A stretch of 64,000 bases of DNA, from the NCBI GenBank assembly GCA_039811685.1, contig JBDHZC010000001.1, positions 704,001 through 768,000 on the forward strand, given 5' to 3'. Numbering within the stretch: the first letter of the stretch is position 1; each line of letters opens with the position of its first letter. The notes under the pieces are model-generated. The model did no database searches, had not been told where the DNA came from, and was given only the letters and a program-made list of their open reading frames with translations. This document shows, in pieces, positions 37,682 through 47,817 of this stretch. The DNA is from Armatimonadota bacterium. GTDB lineage: Bacteria; Armatimonadota; UBA5829; DSUL01. The position numbers and the translations under genes were made by a program.

Positions 37682-40600
37682 ATGCTGAAGCTTTGGCGCA
37701 ACCCGGCGACGGACTCCGCCGTGACAAGCCTGCCGCTGAGACAAATCCGCCATGATGCCAAAACTGTTGCGCAGTACCAGGCCGATTGCAGGAAGATCGG
37801 CCTGGCAGTACTCGCCGCAGCATTGTTGCCCTGGCCTTCAGCATCTCTGGCACAATCCTTTCACACTAACCTGACCCAAGTCAACGCACAAACTCTCAGC
37901 TTCACGCTCACCAACGACTACCCTCTCTCGAGCGCCCAGAGTGTTTTTGATTTGCGCTTCGCGCTGTCAGGAACCGGTGAACCAGCGATTCAAGGACAGG
38001 CAGCGGGAGCTGTCCCGGAACAACACTGGTGGGTCATGCCACAGAGCGATCCGTCTCAGATGGACTGGTTCGACCCTGATGAATCCAGCCAGGGGAATGT
38101 TTTTCCCGGCGAGACACTTGGGCCGTTCATTGTGCGCCTGTTCAGGCCAATCCCTCTGAGCCAGCCTGCGGGATCGTTCTACTATTTTGCGGCGTTTTTT
38201 GACAACAACTCCGGCAACATCAATCAGCAGATCCTTCTCCACTCCCGCCCGGCCGCAGCGACGCATGTTATGTCAATCAACAGCCCGACTACTTCCTGGT
38301 ATGTGCGGCCAGGGGAGACTGTGGACGTCAGTGTCGCTCAGTTCAACCACAATACGCCCGTAAACGGATATCAGGCCTTCCTGCAGTATGACACAGGCAC
38401 TCTGGAACTGTTGAGCGCAACCTATACAGCGTCTCCCTACCAGATGCACATTCAAAATCCGATTCCAGTTATAGACGGCAAAATCAATCTGGACGGACAG
38501 GTGCAGCCATTCGGCAGCACCACTACGCAGGAAGGCGCTCTGGCGTCGCTGCAGTTCCGTGTCCCTCAGGGCACTGCGGACGGCATCACTTACGTGACTT
38601 TTCGTCAGTTTGCACTGCCAACTCAGTTCTCGGACGCAAACGGCGGCGTGCCCGCAACTCTGGTGGACAGCCCGCCGATTGTGATAGACGGCACGCCACC
38701 CGCAGTCAACTGCCCACCGGATATCGTTGCGAACGTAGCCGCTGGCAAATGCAACGCGACTGTCGCACTCACTCTACCGTCACCTGTGGATGCGCTTTCA
38801 GGAGTTGAAGGACTCACTGCTGTTCGCAGCGACAACAACGCTATCTTTGGGCAGCAGGCATTCAATGCGCCCTATCCAGTTGGGACGACGACAATTACTT
38901 GGACAGTTTCTGACCGCGCCGGCAATCAGGCACAGTGCGTTCAGCATGTCACCGTTGTTGACAACCGGCCACCGACCATTCAATGTCCGGCCGACATTAC
39001 TGTTTACGCCGCGCCTGGCGCGACGTCTGCAGTCGTTACGTTCAATGTGTCAGGCACAGACAACTGCGGACCGCCAACCATCTCTTCGACACCGGCAAGT
39101 GGATCGAGTTTTCCTCTCGGGCAGACCACTGTAAACTCCACAGCCAGCGATGGACACGGCAATTCTGTAAGTTGCAGCTTCAAGGTGACGGTAGTCCCCA
39201 GCGTTGCCCTGACGCAGATTGACCCGCAAACCTTCCGTTTCACAATCTGCAACTGGTATCCCGGTGGAGACAGCAGAAAGCTGACGGGTTTTTCGGCAGC
39301 TCTCTCCCAAATGGGCGTCGAGCCTGATATACTCGGGACCGCCGCTGGACCGATTCCGGACAGCCACTGGATGGCGCCGCCGGGTGGAGACATCAGAACA
39401 GTAGAATGGCTCGGCCCGCTTACTGGCGGCGCTGGCGCAGTGCCGCCACAGAACTGTCTGGATGGCTTCACAGTACGCTTGCCCCGTCCAATTCCGCTGA
39501 CTCAACCGGCCGGAGAATTCAATCTGACGCTCGGCTTCTGGAACTCCACAACCAGTTCAAACGAGGCGCAGACAGCGCAAATAGCCCGGCCTGCTTCGGT
39601 TGAGAACGTCCTGTCTGTCAACGCGCCGCCGTCCTCGCTGTTTGTCAAAGCGGGCGAGCAGGTGGACATCACTCTGGATCAGTTCAATCTGACGACTCCG
39701 GTCAACGGCTACCAAGCCTTTCTGGCTTTTGACAGCGCAAAGCTCACATTCTTGAACGCCGCATATTCCACAGACCCGTACAATACGCACGTGATTGATC
39801 CGCCTGTCGCCGCTTCCGGAGCTATTGATCTGGATGGTCAGATACAGCCATTTGGTTCTACGACAACTTCTGATGCGAAGCTGGCTGATTTCCACTTTGA
39901 GGTTCCGGCCGGGACTCCAGACTCAACGACCCAGGTGAGTTTCCGTCAGGGAGACATCCCCACACTTTTTTCGGATGCAGAAGGTGGAGTAACCCCAGTC
40001 CTGGTTAATGGTCCAACGATTGTGATCGACAGCACGCCTCCTGTGATCACCTGCCCTGCCAACATCACAGCCCCAGCAGCGCAGGGCCAGTGCTCGGCTT
40101 CAGTTTCCGTGACCGCTGCGACAGCAACAGATGCCTTGTCGGGAGTTGAGAGTATTGCGGGAATGCGAAGCGACAATGGAGCTACGACGGCGGATGCAGC
40201 CTTCAACGACCCATTTCCTTTGGGCTCAACCACCATAATCTGGACGGCGACCGATCGCGCCGGGAATTCCTCATCGTGCCAGCAAACTGTCACTGTCACA
40301 GATAACCAGCCGCCGAGCATCACCTGCCCGGCAAACATTACGGTTTACGCTGACCCGGGGTCCTCCAGCGCCGTTGTCGAGTTCAGCGCAAACGCGTCGG
40401 ACGACTGTGGCACACCTGTTGTTACCTGCACCCCGGCCAGCGGGAGCGCATTTCCCGTTGGGACGACCCATGTGCAGTGCGTTGCGGACGACGGACATGG
40501 GAACACAGCTTCGTGCAGCTTTGACGTCACTGTTCTCGCGGAAAACCAGGTTACGCTGTCCGTGGAATTGGAAGAGATCACCCCTACTGAGGTAACGCGG

Positions 40601-41182
40601 TGCATCACATTCACCTTCGGCGGCAGCGGTGGTGACCGGAATCCGTACGTGGTGAATCAAACGGCAATCTTCGTCAACCGCACCGCGACGTTTCAACTTA
40701 CTATTCCGTCCGGGGCTGTCTGGAATCGCGTCTCTGCCAAAGACCAGAAGCACACCCTGCGCAGAACAGTGGACCTCACGGTGGAAAACAAGCATTACAC
40801 CGCATCGTTCACTGGCGCAAAGAGACTGTTGGGTGGCGACCTGACCAATGACAACGCGGTTGATATTGCGGATTTTGGCGTCTTTGCCGGGCAATTCGGA
40901 CAGGCTCTTCCGCCGGCGTCGTGCGGATTCAACGGCTATCAGTCGGACATCAGTGGCAACGGCACCGTGGGCAGCGATGACTTCAGCTATATCATGGTGC
41001 ACTTCCTGCAGTTTGGTGACGACGCACCGGGCAAAGCGGCGCTTGCCTCCCTCCCTGTGCGCACTCTGGTTGCCCATGGCATCCCCAACGCCAGAGCAGC
41101 GGACCTGAACAACGATGGGATTGTCAATGCCACGGACGTTCAACTGTTTGCTCAGAAATACATGGGCGCCCGCAAACGCTGA
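37682..41182 (+). CDS. Secreted protein with duplicated cohesin-like and HYR modules and C-terminal dockerin-like EF-hand repeats
   Basis: HYR motifs (PPTIQCPADITV...FPLGQTTV...ASDGHGN..SCSFKVTV); cohesin-like GYQAFLQYD; GDLTNDNAVDIADF, SDISGNGTVGSDDF, ADLNNDGIVNATD. Confidence 0.8.
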   Translation: MLKLWRNPATDSAVTSLPLRQIRHDAKTVAQYQADCRKIGLAVLAAALLPWPSASLAQSFHTNLTQVNAQTLSFTLTNDYPLSSAQSVFDLRFALSGTGEPAIQGQAAGAVPEQHWWVMPQSDPSQMDWFDPDESSQGNVFPGETLGPFIVRLFRPIPLSQPAGSFYYFAAFFDNNSGNINQQILLHSRPAAATHVMSINSPTTSWYVRPGETVDVSVAQFNHNTPVNGYQAFLQYDTGTLELLSATYTASPYQMHIQNPIPVIDGKINLDGQVQPFGSTTTQEGALASLQFRVPQGTADGITYVTFRQFALPTQFSDANGGVPATLVDSPPIVIDGTPPAVNCPPDIVANVAAGKCNATVALTLPSPVDALSGVEGLTAVRSDNNAIFGQQAFNAPYPVGTTTITWTVSDRAGNQAQCVQHVTVVDNRPPTIQCPADITVYAAPGATSAVVTFNVSGTDNCGPPTISSTPASGSSFPLGQTTVNSTASDGHGNSVSCSFKVTVVPSVALTQIDPQTFRFTICNWYPGGDSRKLTGFSAALSQMGVEPDILGTAAGPIPDSHWMAPPGGDIRTVEWLGPLTGGAGAVPPQNCLDGFTVRLPRPIPLTQPAGEFNLTLGFWNSTTSSNEAQTAQIARPASVENVLSVNAPPSSLFVKAGEQVDITLDQFNLTTPVNGYQAFLAFDSAKLTFLNAAYSTDPYNTHVIDPPVAASGAIDLDGQIQPFGSTTTSDAKLADFHFEVPAGTPDSTTQVSFRQGDIPTLFSDAEGGVTPVLVNGPTIVIDSTPPVITCPANITAPAAQGQCSASVSVTAATATDALSGVESIAGMRSDNGATTADAAFNDPFPLGSTTIIWTATDRAGNSSSCQQTVTVTDNQPPSITCPANITVYADPGSSSAVVEFSANASDDCGTPVVTCTPASGSAFPVGTTHVQCVADDGHGNTASCSFDVTVLAENQVTLSVELEEITPTEVTRCITFTFGGSGGDRNPYVVNQTAIFVNRTATFQLTIPSGAVWNRVSAKDQKHTLRRTVDLTVENKHYTASFTGAKRLLGGDLTNDNAVDIADFGVFAGQFGQALPPASCGFNGYQSDISGNGTVGSDDFSYIMVHFLQFGDDAPGKAALASLPVRTLVAHGIPNARAADLNNDGIVNATDVQLFAQKYMGARKR

Positions 41183-41341
41183 CATCCGGGCGGCGGCGCT
41201 TGGAAGCCGTTCAGCCGCAGTGACCCGGTCCTCATACTTCCATCCCAAGTATTGGTGGAACGCACCTGGCAACGCGCGGACTGAAGTGGGAATCTGCATA
41301 CCAGTCTGGCGTCTTCCGACGCTGTCTTCGAAGTGAAACAA

Positions 41342-41372
41342 GAAAAAGCCCGGCCTGCAAAGACCGGGCTTT
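41342..41372. terminator. Terminator between convergent genes (stronger U-tract on the minus strand)
   Basis: AAAAAGCCCGG...CCGGGCTTT inverted repeat. Confidence 0.75.
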
Positions 41373-41397
41373 GATCAACGCTTGTTAGAGGGAAGGG

Positions 41398-42147
41398 TCA
41401 GCGAGTGCGGCGGCGAAGTCTGAAAGCGCCTGCCAGTCCCATCCCAGCCATTACGATACTGGCTGGCTCCGGCACAGGCGGGGGAGGATTGTCGTTGTGA
41501 TTGCCTCCACCACCTCCTCCTCCGAAGAGTAGCGGAACCAGAAAAGGAAGCGGCGAGACTCCGCGGGAGGCCAGGATCAGGGGCTCAATAGAGGCCACCT
41601 GGGTCTCGGGAAGGATCGAAAGCGGCGCCAGGTCCATCGCAAAAACTGGAGCCGGAGCTGTCGCCATAGACAGCAGATCGCCTCCCTGAGCTGTCAACAA
41701 CAGCGGATTGCTCGTTGCCGGCGGAGCAAGGACCTGGCGCGGCTTGCGAGGCAGGCTTGTGGTCAGCGGGTTACCGCAGGCGGCATCCAGAACCGGGTTG
41801 TTCTTCCAGTCCACGTACACCCAACGCCCCTTGTTCAGTGTTCGCATTTCGCTGATAACCCGGTTGCCACGTCCGAGAAAATAGACACGCCCATGCCATT
41901 CCTTGCTGAGTTGTACAAGCCTGAAATCCGCAAACGCATCTGACACCTGACGAGGTGAAGACTTGTAGAACTCTGAGTATCTCGCTGCGACCGTTTTGTC
42001 TTCGACAACCTGTCGGGACGCATCCGCAGCGCTTTGGACGCGATAGCGCAGAAATGCCCCAGGGGGCGTCCGCTCGGCCCGGCTGATAGAGGGCGCCAGA
42101 GCCAGCGTTGCTGTCAGGGCGATCAGAAGTGGACGGGAGGCTTTCAT
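41398..42147 (-). CDS. PEP-CTERM sorting-signal protein (DUF6777-like N-terminal domain)
   Basis: Signal peptide; VYVDWKNNPVLDAACGNPL; C-terminal VPEPAS-hydrophobic-RRRTR; AAGGAGG RBS. Confidence 0.85.
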   Translation of the reverse strand: MKASRPLLIALTATLALAPSISRAERTPPGAFLRYRVQSAADASRQVVEDKTVAARYSEFYKSSPRQVSDAFADFRLVQLSKEWHGRVYFLGRGNRVISEMRTLNKGRWVYVDWKNNPVLDAACGNPLTTSLPRKPRQVLAPPATSNPLLLTAQGGDLLSMATAPAPVFAMDLAPLSILPETQVASIEPLILASRGVSPLPFLVPLLFGGGGGGGNHNDNPPPPVPEPASIVMAGMGLAGAFRLRRRTR

Positions 42148-42282
42148 CAATGCCCCTCCTTTCATGGGTGGCGCCGCGCGTGTCGTTTGTCAACCAGGAG
42201 GTGGGTGAATCCGGGACGGGGAGCGACAGCCAGGACGCGCAGAAGGAATCAGATGAGTTGAATAATTCTATTCAGAGGTATG

Positions 42283-42297
42283 GCAATTAGCGCGCCA
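42283..42297 (-). promoter_or_regulatory. Sigma-54 (-24/-12) promoter for the PEP-CTERM gene
   Basis: TGGCGCGCTAATTGC matches TGGCACG-N4-TTGC with exact GG-N10-GC spacing. Confidence 0.65.
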
Positions 42298-42308
42298 ACG
42301 GGGCAATT

Positions 42309-42995
42309 TCAGCGCGATTCTGGTATATGTGCGCGGATTTCCGCCTGCGAAACCCGCAGATACACGGGCTGAAGTGACATAGCGTCGAGAGTGCGCCCGG
42401 TGTCTGCGGCCAGGCGGGCGGATTTGAGTGCCGCGCGCATGTCAACGCTGGCGAGAGGCACGCACTCAAGGACAATGTCAAGCGTCACGGACCCGGCGGC
42501 CGGCCCGGTAACAGCAACAGAAGACTCTGACGCAAAACTGGCAATGAGACTGTGAACGTCCTGGGCAGATTTCACTGTCGCCGGGACGAGTGTTTCAATC
42601 GAACTCGATCCGCGCCTGTAGACAGCACTGTAGAGCTCGCCGGGAACAGCTTCAATGAGCGGGACGATGATCTCTGAGTTGCAGGATACGCTCTGAGCGA
42701 GAAGCTCAAGTGTGGAAAGTCCGACTGTCTGGGCGCTGACGGCATCTGAGAGCGCTTTTGCTGCAGCCACGCCAACGCGAAGACCCGTAAAGGAGCCGGG
42801 GCCAACAACACACGCGACATATCCAATATCCCGCGCACTGAGCTCAGCCTCGGTCAGTATTTGTCTAATCAGAGGAGTGAGGCGCTGCAGAGCGTCTCGC
42901 TTGTGTTTGAAGCATCGGATAAGTTCCAGGCCGTCTGAGCGCAACACTCCGACCTGAACATCCTCAAGTGAAGTATCTATTGCAAGGATTGTCAC
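42309..42995 (-). CDS. tsaB: tRNA t6A biosynthesis protein TsaB
   Basis: ILAIDTS, GPGSFTGLRVG, PVYLR motifs. Confidence 0.93.
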   Translation of the reverse strand: MTILAIDTSLEDVQVGVLRSDGLELIRCFKHKRDALQRLTPLIRQILTEAELSARDIGYVACVVGPGSFTGLRVGVAAAKALSDAVSAQTVGLSTLELLAQSVSCNSEIIVPLIEAVPGELYSAVYRRGSSSIETLVPATVKSAQDVHSLIASFASESSVAVTGPAAGSVTLDIVLECVPLASVDMRAALKSARLAADTGRTLDAMSLQPVYLRVSQAEIRAHIPESR

Positions 42996-43438
42996 TGCTC
43001 TGCTCGGCCCTCTGGCGCCGTGACTGTGATCTTTCGGGAATTAGCACCGGTTACGTCGAAAGATATGCGCCATACCTGGCTCCCCCAGTCGAAGCTTCCA
43101 GCGCGCTCTGGCCATTCCACTAACGTCACAAAGCCGGATGCCAGATAGTCCCGAATCCCGATCTCCTCCACATCCGCCTCTCCACTGAGCCTGTAGATAT
43201 CTACGTGCGCTATTGACTGGGGCCCGGGGTATTCGTGAATGAGGACGAACGTGGGGCTGGAAACATGTGCCTCAGAGTCAAGACCGCGAACCACACCGCG
43301 CACAAACGCCGTCTTTCCTGCGCCAAGCTCACCGGCCAGCAGGACCACGTCACCAGCTCGGAGCTGTGCGGCCAGACGCTCTCCGGCTTCTTCTGTGGCT
43401 TCCGGCGCGTCCGTAAGCACGGTGTAGGAGTCATTCAT
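42992..43438 (-). CDS. tsaE: tRNA t6A biosynthesis ATPase TsaE
   Basis: GELGAGKT, VSSPTF, HVDIYRL, VEWPE motifs. Confidence 0.95.
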   Translation of the reverse strand: MNDSYTVLTDAPEATEEAGERLAAQLRAGDVVLLAGELGAGKTAFVRGVVRGLDSEAHVSSPTFVLIHEYPGPQSIAHVDIYRLSGEADVEEIGIRDYLASGFVTLVEWPERAGSFDWGSQVWRISFDVTGANSRKITVTAPEGRAEQ

Positions 43439-44459
43439 CGCCGGGGAAATGCTGGTAGCCTCCTCGTAGCGGGCGCCGATGACCAGACGGGTCTTCAACA
43501 AATACACCGGATCCCTCGACGGCACGTCCTATCACTGAGCCTGATGTTTGAGTTTCAGCATTCATGCGCTCCAGAAGCCCTCTCGATCCTTCTTCCTCGG
43601 CCGCAAACACAAGCTCGTAGTCTTCTCCGCCAACCAGCGCCGTTACTACCGGAAGCTCGTCTGTCAAACGAGCAGAAGACAACACCAACTCTGAGACGGG
43701 GATCAGGCTCTCCTGCACAACGATACCGACGCCGCTTGTAGCGGCGATATGACCCAGATCGGAGGCCAGACCATCACTCAAATCCATCATTGCGTGACAG
43801 TTCGACTGAGCGCTGAGCCAGACTCCCGCCGGTACTCTGGTATGCGGTCTGGCATAAGCCTGAACGAGGTCCGGGGAAAGGGAAGCAGCCGGGTGCTTTT
43901 CCAGAGCAAGAACGGCCGAGCGCGAGGCTCCCAGGCGCCCGGTAACACAGATCAGATCCCCTGGACGCGCTCCTGCTCTTCCAACCATCCTGCCTGCAGG
44001 CTCCGCAAGCAGACACACGTTCAGCGCCACCGGACCGTTTGTCGCGACCGTATCTCCGCCAGCGAGGACAGCGCCAACTTCAGCGAGCGAATCGCGCACG
44101 CCATGGATAATATCCTCAGCGCGAGATTCAGGGCACTCCGGCGGCAGGCCGATAGACAGAAAAGCCACTCGAGGCCACGCGGCCATCGCCGCGCAATCGG
44201 ATACTGAAGCCGCCGCACAGCGCCACCCACAGTCATAGGCGCTGATCCAGTCAAAACGGAAGTGACGCCCCTCGATGAGCATGTCTGTCGTGACAGCCAC
44301 ATCTGTATCAAAGCGCAGAAGCGCACCGTCATGGGCGAGGCTGGCGCCTACCAAAACATTGCGATCCCCGGCGGCGGTCTGTGGAGGGCTGTCACTCAGC
44401 GCGCGCTTAATCAGCGCAAACTCTCCGCCAGCCTGTCCAATTGTGCGTTCAGCACCCAT
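43431..44459 (-). CDS. thiL: Thiamine-monophosphate kinase
   Basis: GEFALI, TTDMLIEGRHF, SDCAAM, GGDT, DLSDGL, GGEDYEL, GYQHF motifs. Confidence 0.92.
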   Translation of the reverse strand: MGAERTIGQAGGEFALIKRALSDSPPQTAAGDRNVLVGASLAHDGALLRFDTDVAVTTDMLIEGRHFRFDWISAYDCGWRCAAASVSDCAAMAAWPRVAFLSIGLPPECPESRAEDIIHGVRDSLAEVGAVLAGGDTVATNGPVALNVCLLAEPAGRMVGRAGARPGDLICVTGRLGASRSAVLALEKHPAASLSPDLVQAYARPHTRVPAGVWLSAQSNCHAMMDLSDGLASDLGHIAATSGVGIVVQESLIPVSELVLSSARLTDELPVVTALVGGEDYELVFAAEEEGSRGLLERMNAETQTSGSVIGRAVEGSGVFVEDPSGHRRPLRGGYQHFPGDE

Positions 44460-44501
44460 TGCCCTTGTATGATGAAGAATGGATTGCCCATGGCGCAACC
44501 C

Positions 44502-45764
44502 TTACAGGCGACGCTTGCCGTCAGTCCATACAGCGCGGACACATTCACGAGACCCCTGCCAGACGATGCGCTCACCTAGAGACTGCTTTGGATCCCCGTC
44601 TGGAAGGGCGACGGCCACGATGTCAGCTCGAAAGCCGGGCCTGATCGCCCCGGCCTCTGTCACACCAATAGCCCGCGCGGCTTCCATCGTGGCCATATCG
44701 AGCGCTTCGCAAGCAGTAATCGGATCGCCTTTGATGCGTGAAGTCAGCACGGCCAGGCGCATCTCCTCAAACATGTCCAGACGCTGAGAAGAGATAGCGG
44801 AGTCTGTGCCGAGACAACAAAGCAAACCAGCTCGCCGGGCCGCAGCGATCGGAGGGATGCCGTTGCCAAGCGCCGCATTGGAGGAAGGACAAAACGCCGC
44901 GCTACACTGACGCACAGCGAGAAGGGACAGGTCAGGCTCAGTCGCCTGCGTGAGATGGACAGCCAGCGTACCCGGCTTCCAGTAACCTTTTCGTCCAAGG
45001 TGCTCGACTGGAGTGATAGCGTGACCTGTGACGGCAAACCCTCTGGCCTGGTGACGTTCTGCCATAACCCCTGTACCCCGTGCGATGTAGCTGATCTCGT
45101 CCTGGCTTTCAGCGACGTGAATTGAGCGGCGCGCCCGGGCAAAACGCGCAAGAACCTCCTCCAGAGCTGGTGAAGAGGCATTGTAGGGAGCGTGACACGA
45201 CACGCCACGGTCAATACCCGGCTCACAGGCTTCCGTCAGCCAGTGCGCAACAGCGTCCATCTGAGCACTGTAATCCCCTTCTGGATCTGGACAGAACATC
45301 TCACGGTAGACCGTCCCGCGCAGACCCACAGCGGCCATAGCGCCAGAAGAGAATCCAAAGGTACTGTGATCGGCGATACACGTCACGCCACCCTGCAGGC
45401 AGTCCAGGGCGCCTTCGGCTGCGCTGCTGACGAAAAACTCTGCAGAAAGACTCAGAACCGCCTGGGTGACTTCCAGTATCCAGTCTGTGAACTTCAACCC
45501 ATCGGCCAGACCGCGCAGGCTTGTCAGCTCAAGGTGCGTATGCCCATTGACCAGACCCGGCATAAGAGAGCATCCGGGAAAAGACTCGACCGGTTCATTT
45601 GGGAATTTCGCGTTAAGGTCAAACCCTACGTGGGTGATGCGCCCGCTCTCAATACGGACCTGAGTGGCGCTGGCGACGTGTGCGCCGTGCGTGTCTTTCC
45701 TGCTGCGAATGTCGCACGCATCGCTTGTGAGGACAGCATCCGCAGTCAGAATGAAAGCATTCAG
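44502..45764 (-). CDS. Amidohydrolase-superfamily deaminase (MTA/SAH or aminodeoxyfutalosine deaminase-like); probable CTG start
   Basis: NGHTHLE, HAPY, HVAES, GTDS metal motifs; in-frame N-terminal region upstream of ATG 45563. Confidence 0.8.
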   Translation of the reverse strand: MNAFILTADAVLTSDACDIRSRKDTHGAHVASATQVRIESGRITHVGFDLNAKFPNEPVESFPGCSLMPGLVNGHTHLELTSLRGLADGLKFTDWILEVTQAVLSLSAEFFVSSAAEGALDCLQGGVTCIADHSTFGFSSGAMAAVGLRGTVYREMFCPDPEGDYSAQMDAVAHWLTEACEPGIDRGVSCHAPYNASSPALEEVLARFARARRSIHVAESQDEISYIARGTGVMAERHQARGFAVTGHAITPVEHLGRKGYWKPGTLAVHLTQATEPDLSLLAVRQCSAAFCPSSNAALGNGIPPIAAARRAGLLCCLGTDSAISSQRLDMFEEMRLAVLTSRIKGDPITACEALDMATMEAARAIGVTEAGAIRPGFRADIVAVALPDGDPKQSLGERIVWQGSRECVRAVWTDGKRRL

Positions 45765-45772
45765 AGTCGGAC

Positions 45773-46717
45773 CTACTTCAGCGTTTCTTTAGTGATGGTG
45801 CGCGTTGGCAGAATTATGCGCTTGTCAACCTTCTCACCATCCAGAATCTTCAGCGCAGTGTCAATGGACTCAGGTCCACAGGTCGGATAAACGAATGTGG
45901 CCGTGAGAAGGCCGTCCCGCACGTATTTCTGTCCCTCAGCGGGCAACCCGTCAATCCCAACGAACTTGATGGTATTCTCACGGCCCTTCCCCTCCTGCTT
46001 CGCGGCCAGATAGGCCCCGTGAGCGCTTGGATCGTTGTGTCCGTAGACAGCGTCAATATTCTCAAACCTCGAAAGCGCCGAGCGCATTTCTGCCTGCGCT
46101 TTGGGTTCTTTCCACTGGCAGTCCGCATTGAAGATGACCTTGATCGCGGAGCCTGAGATGCCCTCCACAAAGCCGCTGTGCCGGTCCTGAGCAGGAGTCG
46201 AAGTCATCAAACCCGCAAGCTCAACAACGTTGCCTTTTCCATTCAGTATCTGCTTGATGAACTTGCCTGCTTCCAGCCCAATCTGCTTGTTGTCGCCGCC
46301 GATGAAACAGGTGTAGTTCGCTCCCGGAACGTCCCGATCCAGAACGATGACCGGCACGCCTTTCTTGACAGCATCGTTAATTGGCTGAACAAACGGGCGG
46401 CTCTCCTTTGGTGAGATGATAATGAGATCTACACCCTGCTCCACAAACTGTTTGATCTGCGCCTGTTGTGTCGGGGTATCATCCTGAGCATCCTGAAAGA
46501 TGACATTGATCCTGTCCCTGTGCCTTTCTGCCGCAGCCTTGACGTCAGCGTTCATCTGGACGCGCCACGGCTCTGAAAGAGTGCACTGAGAAAACCCGAT
46601 GTTCCACACGCGAGCGTCGCCACCGCTCGCCGTTGGCGCCGATGGGGACCTGGCGCATCCTGCAGCGATGGCTGTAAGTCCGGCGATAAACAGACCAAAA
46701 AGCAGCTCTCGTTTCAT
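45773..46717 (-). CDS. Sugar ABC transporter substrate-binding lipoprotein (RbsB-like)
   Basis: Lipobox IAAGC; IGFSQ..EPWR, VDLIIISP, LDR, GIDG motifs; AGGAG RBS. Confidence 0.9.
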   Translation of the reverse strand: MKRELLFGLFIAGLTAIAAGCARSPSAPTASGGDARVWNIGFSQCTLSEPWRVQMNADVKAAAERHRDRINVIFQDAQDDTPTQQAQIKQFVEQGVDLIIISPKESRPFVQPINDAVKKGVPVIVLDRDVPGANYTCFIGGDNKQIGLEAGKFIKQILNGKGNVVELAGLMTSTPAQDRHSGFVEGISGSAIKVIFNADCQWKEPKAQAEMRSALSRFENIDAVYGHNDPSAHGAYLAAKQEGKGRENTIKFVGIDGLPAEGQKYVRDGLLTATFVYPTCGPESIDTALKILDGEKVDKRIILPTRTITKETLK

Positions 46718-46776
46718 TGTGTCTCCTGAGGATCGTTTCTTGATTGGCAAACGGTGCGGCGCCGCGAAAAACTGTC

Positions 46777-47817
46777 TCAAACCCGACGCTTTTGCTGAAT
46801 CAAGACAGCGGCGACTATGATGAGTCCTTTCGCCAGAAGCCGCGCCGGTTCCTGTACAGCGTTGAGTGAAAGGATTTTGTTGATGTACGCGATCGTGAGT
46901 ACGCCCACCAGCGTGAAGCCCATGCCACCCTGCCCGCCCGTGAGCGTGGTTCCACCAATGACAACCGCCGCTATGGCGTCGAGCTCGTAGGTGAATCCAG
47001 CTTCTGGATCGCCGATGCTGCTTCGGCTGGCGCTGATAAGGCCAGCCAGCGCGGCGAACACTGTGCACAGGGCATAGGCTGAGGTCTTGGTCCACCTCAC
47101 GTTGATACCGGACAGACGCGCCGCTTCCTCGTTCCCCCCTACGGCGTACAGCTTCCGTCCAAAGCTGCTGTAGCGGACAACAACATACATCACAAGGATG
47201 CTGATGAGAAACAGAAGCGTGGCAGGCTGTATTCCAACACCGGGCAGACGAGTGGTCATCCACTCGAATACGCGTGGCGTTCCTTCCTGCATCGCATACC
47301 ACGTACGTGCTCCAGGCTGAACTTTGATTCCACCTGAGATGGCCTTGGCTGCTCCTCTGGCCGCCACCATCACCGCCAGAGTCGCCACAAAAGGCTGCAG
47401 TCCGAAACGGCCTATCAGAACTCCATTGACGAGTCCCACTGCCAATCCCGCAAGAATGCAGGCCGCGACGGCGGCGCCAACGCCCCAGCCGAACCCGATA
47501 AGAAGCAGCGCAAATAGTGTGGCAATGAAGCCGAGAACGCTGCCAACAGCAAGGTCAATGCCACCAGTGAGGATTACGAGAGTCATCCCGCAGGCAAGCA
47601 GCCCGTATTCAGAGTATTCAAAAAGGATATCGCTCTGAGTCTGCCAGGTCAAAAAGACAGACTGACCCGTCACCAGGTTTCTCGGCGTGAAAACGATCCC
47701 GAGAATAAAGACCAGCAGCAGCGCGAAGACGCCGCGCATCTGGCCCGCCAGAGCCCAGGCAGCGCTGCCCTTTCCGGGCGTCGAATGCTGTAACCCCCGC
47801 TTACTGAAGCTCGGCAA
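46777..47817 (-). CDS. Sugar ABC transporter permease (RbsC-like)
   Basis: GMTLVILTGGIDL, FGRKLYAVGGNEEAARLSG, YELDAIAAVVIGG motifs. Confidence 0.92.
   Translation of the reverse strand: MPSFSKRGLQHSTPGKGSAAWALAGQMRGVFALLLVFILGIVFTPRNLVTGQSVFLTWQTQSDILFEYSEYGLLACGMTLVILTGGIDLAVGSVLGFIATLFALLLIGFGWGVGAAVAACILAGLAVGLVNGVLIGRFGLQPFVATLAVMVAARGAAKAISGGIKVQPGARTWYAMQEGTPRVFEWMTTRLPGVGIQPATLLFLISILVMYVVVRYSSFGRKLYAVGGNEEAARLSGINVRWTKTSAYALCTVFAALAGLISASRSSIGDPEAGFTYELDAIAAVVIGGTTLTGGQGGMGFTLVGVLTIAYINKILSLNAVQEPARLLAKGLIIVAAVLIQQKRRV

Noticed and set aside
46718..47302. N-terminal extension of the 509-aa ORF (permease-SBP fusion)
   Set aside because: Overlaps the permease in another frame; the real lipoprotein starts at 46717 after an AGGAG RBS
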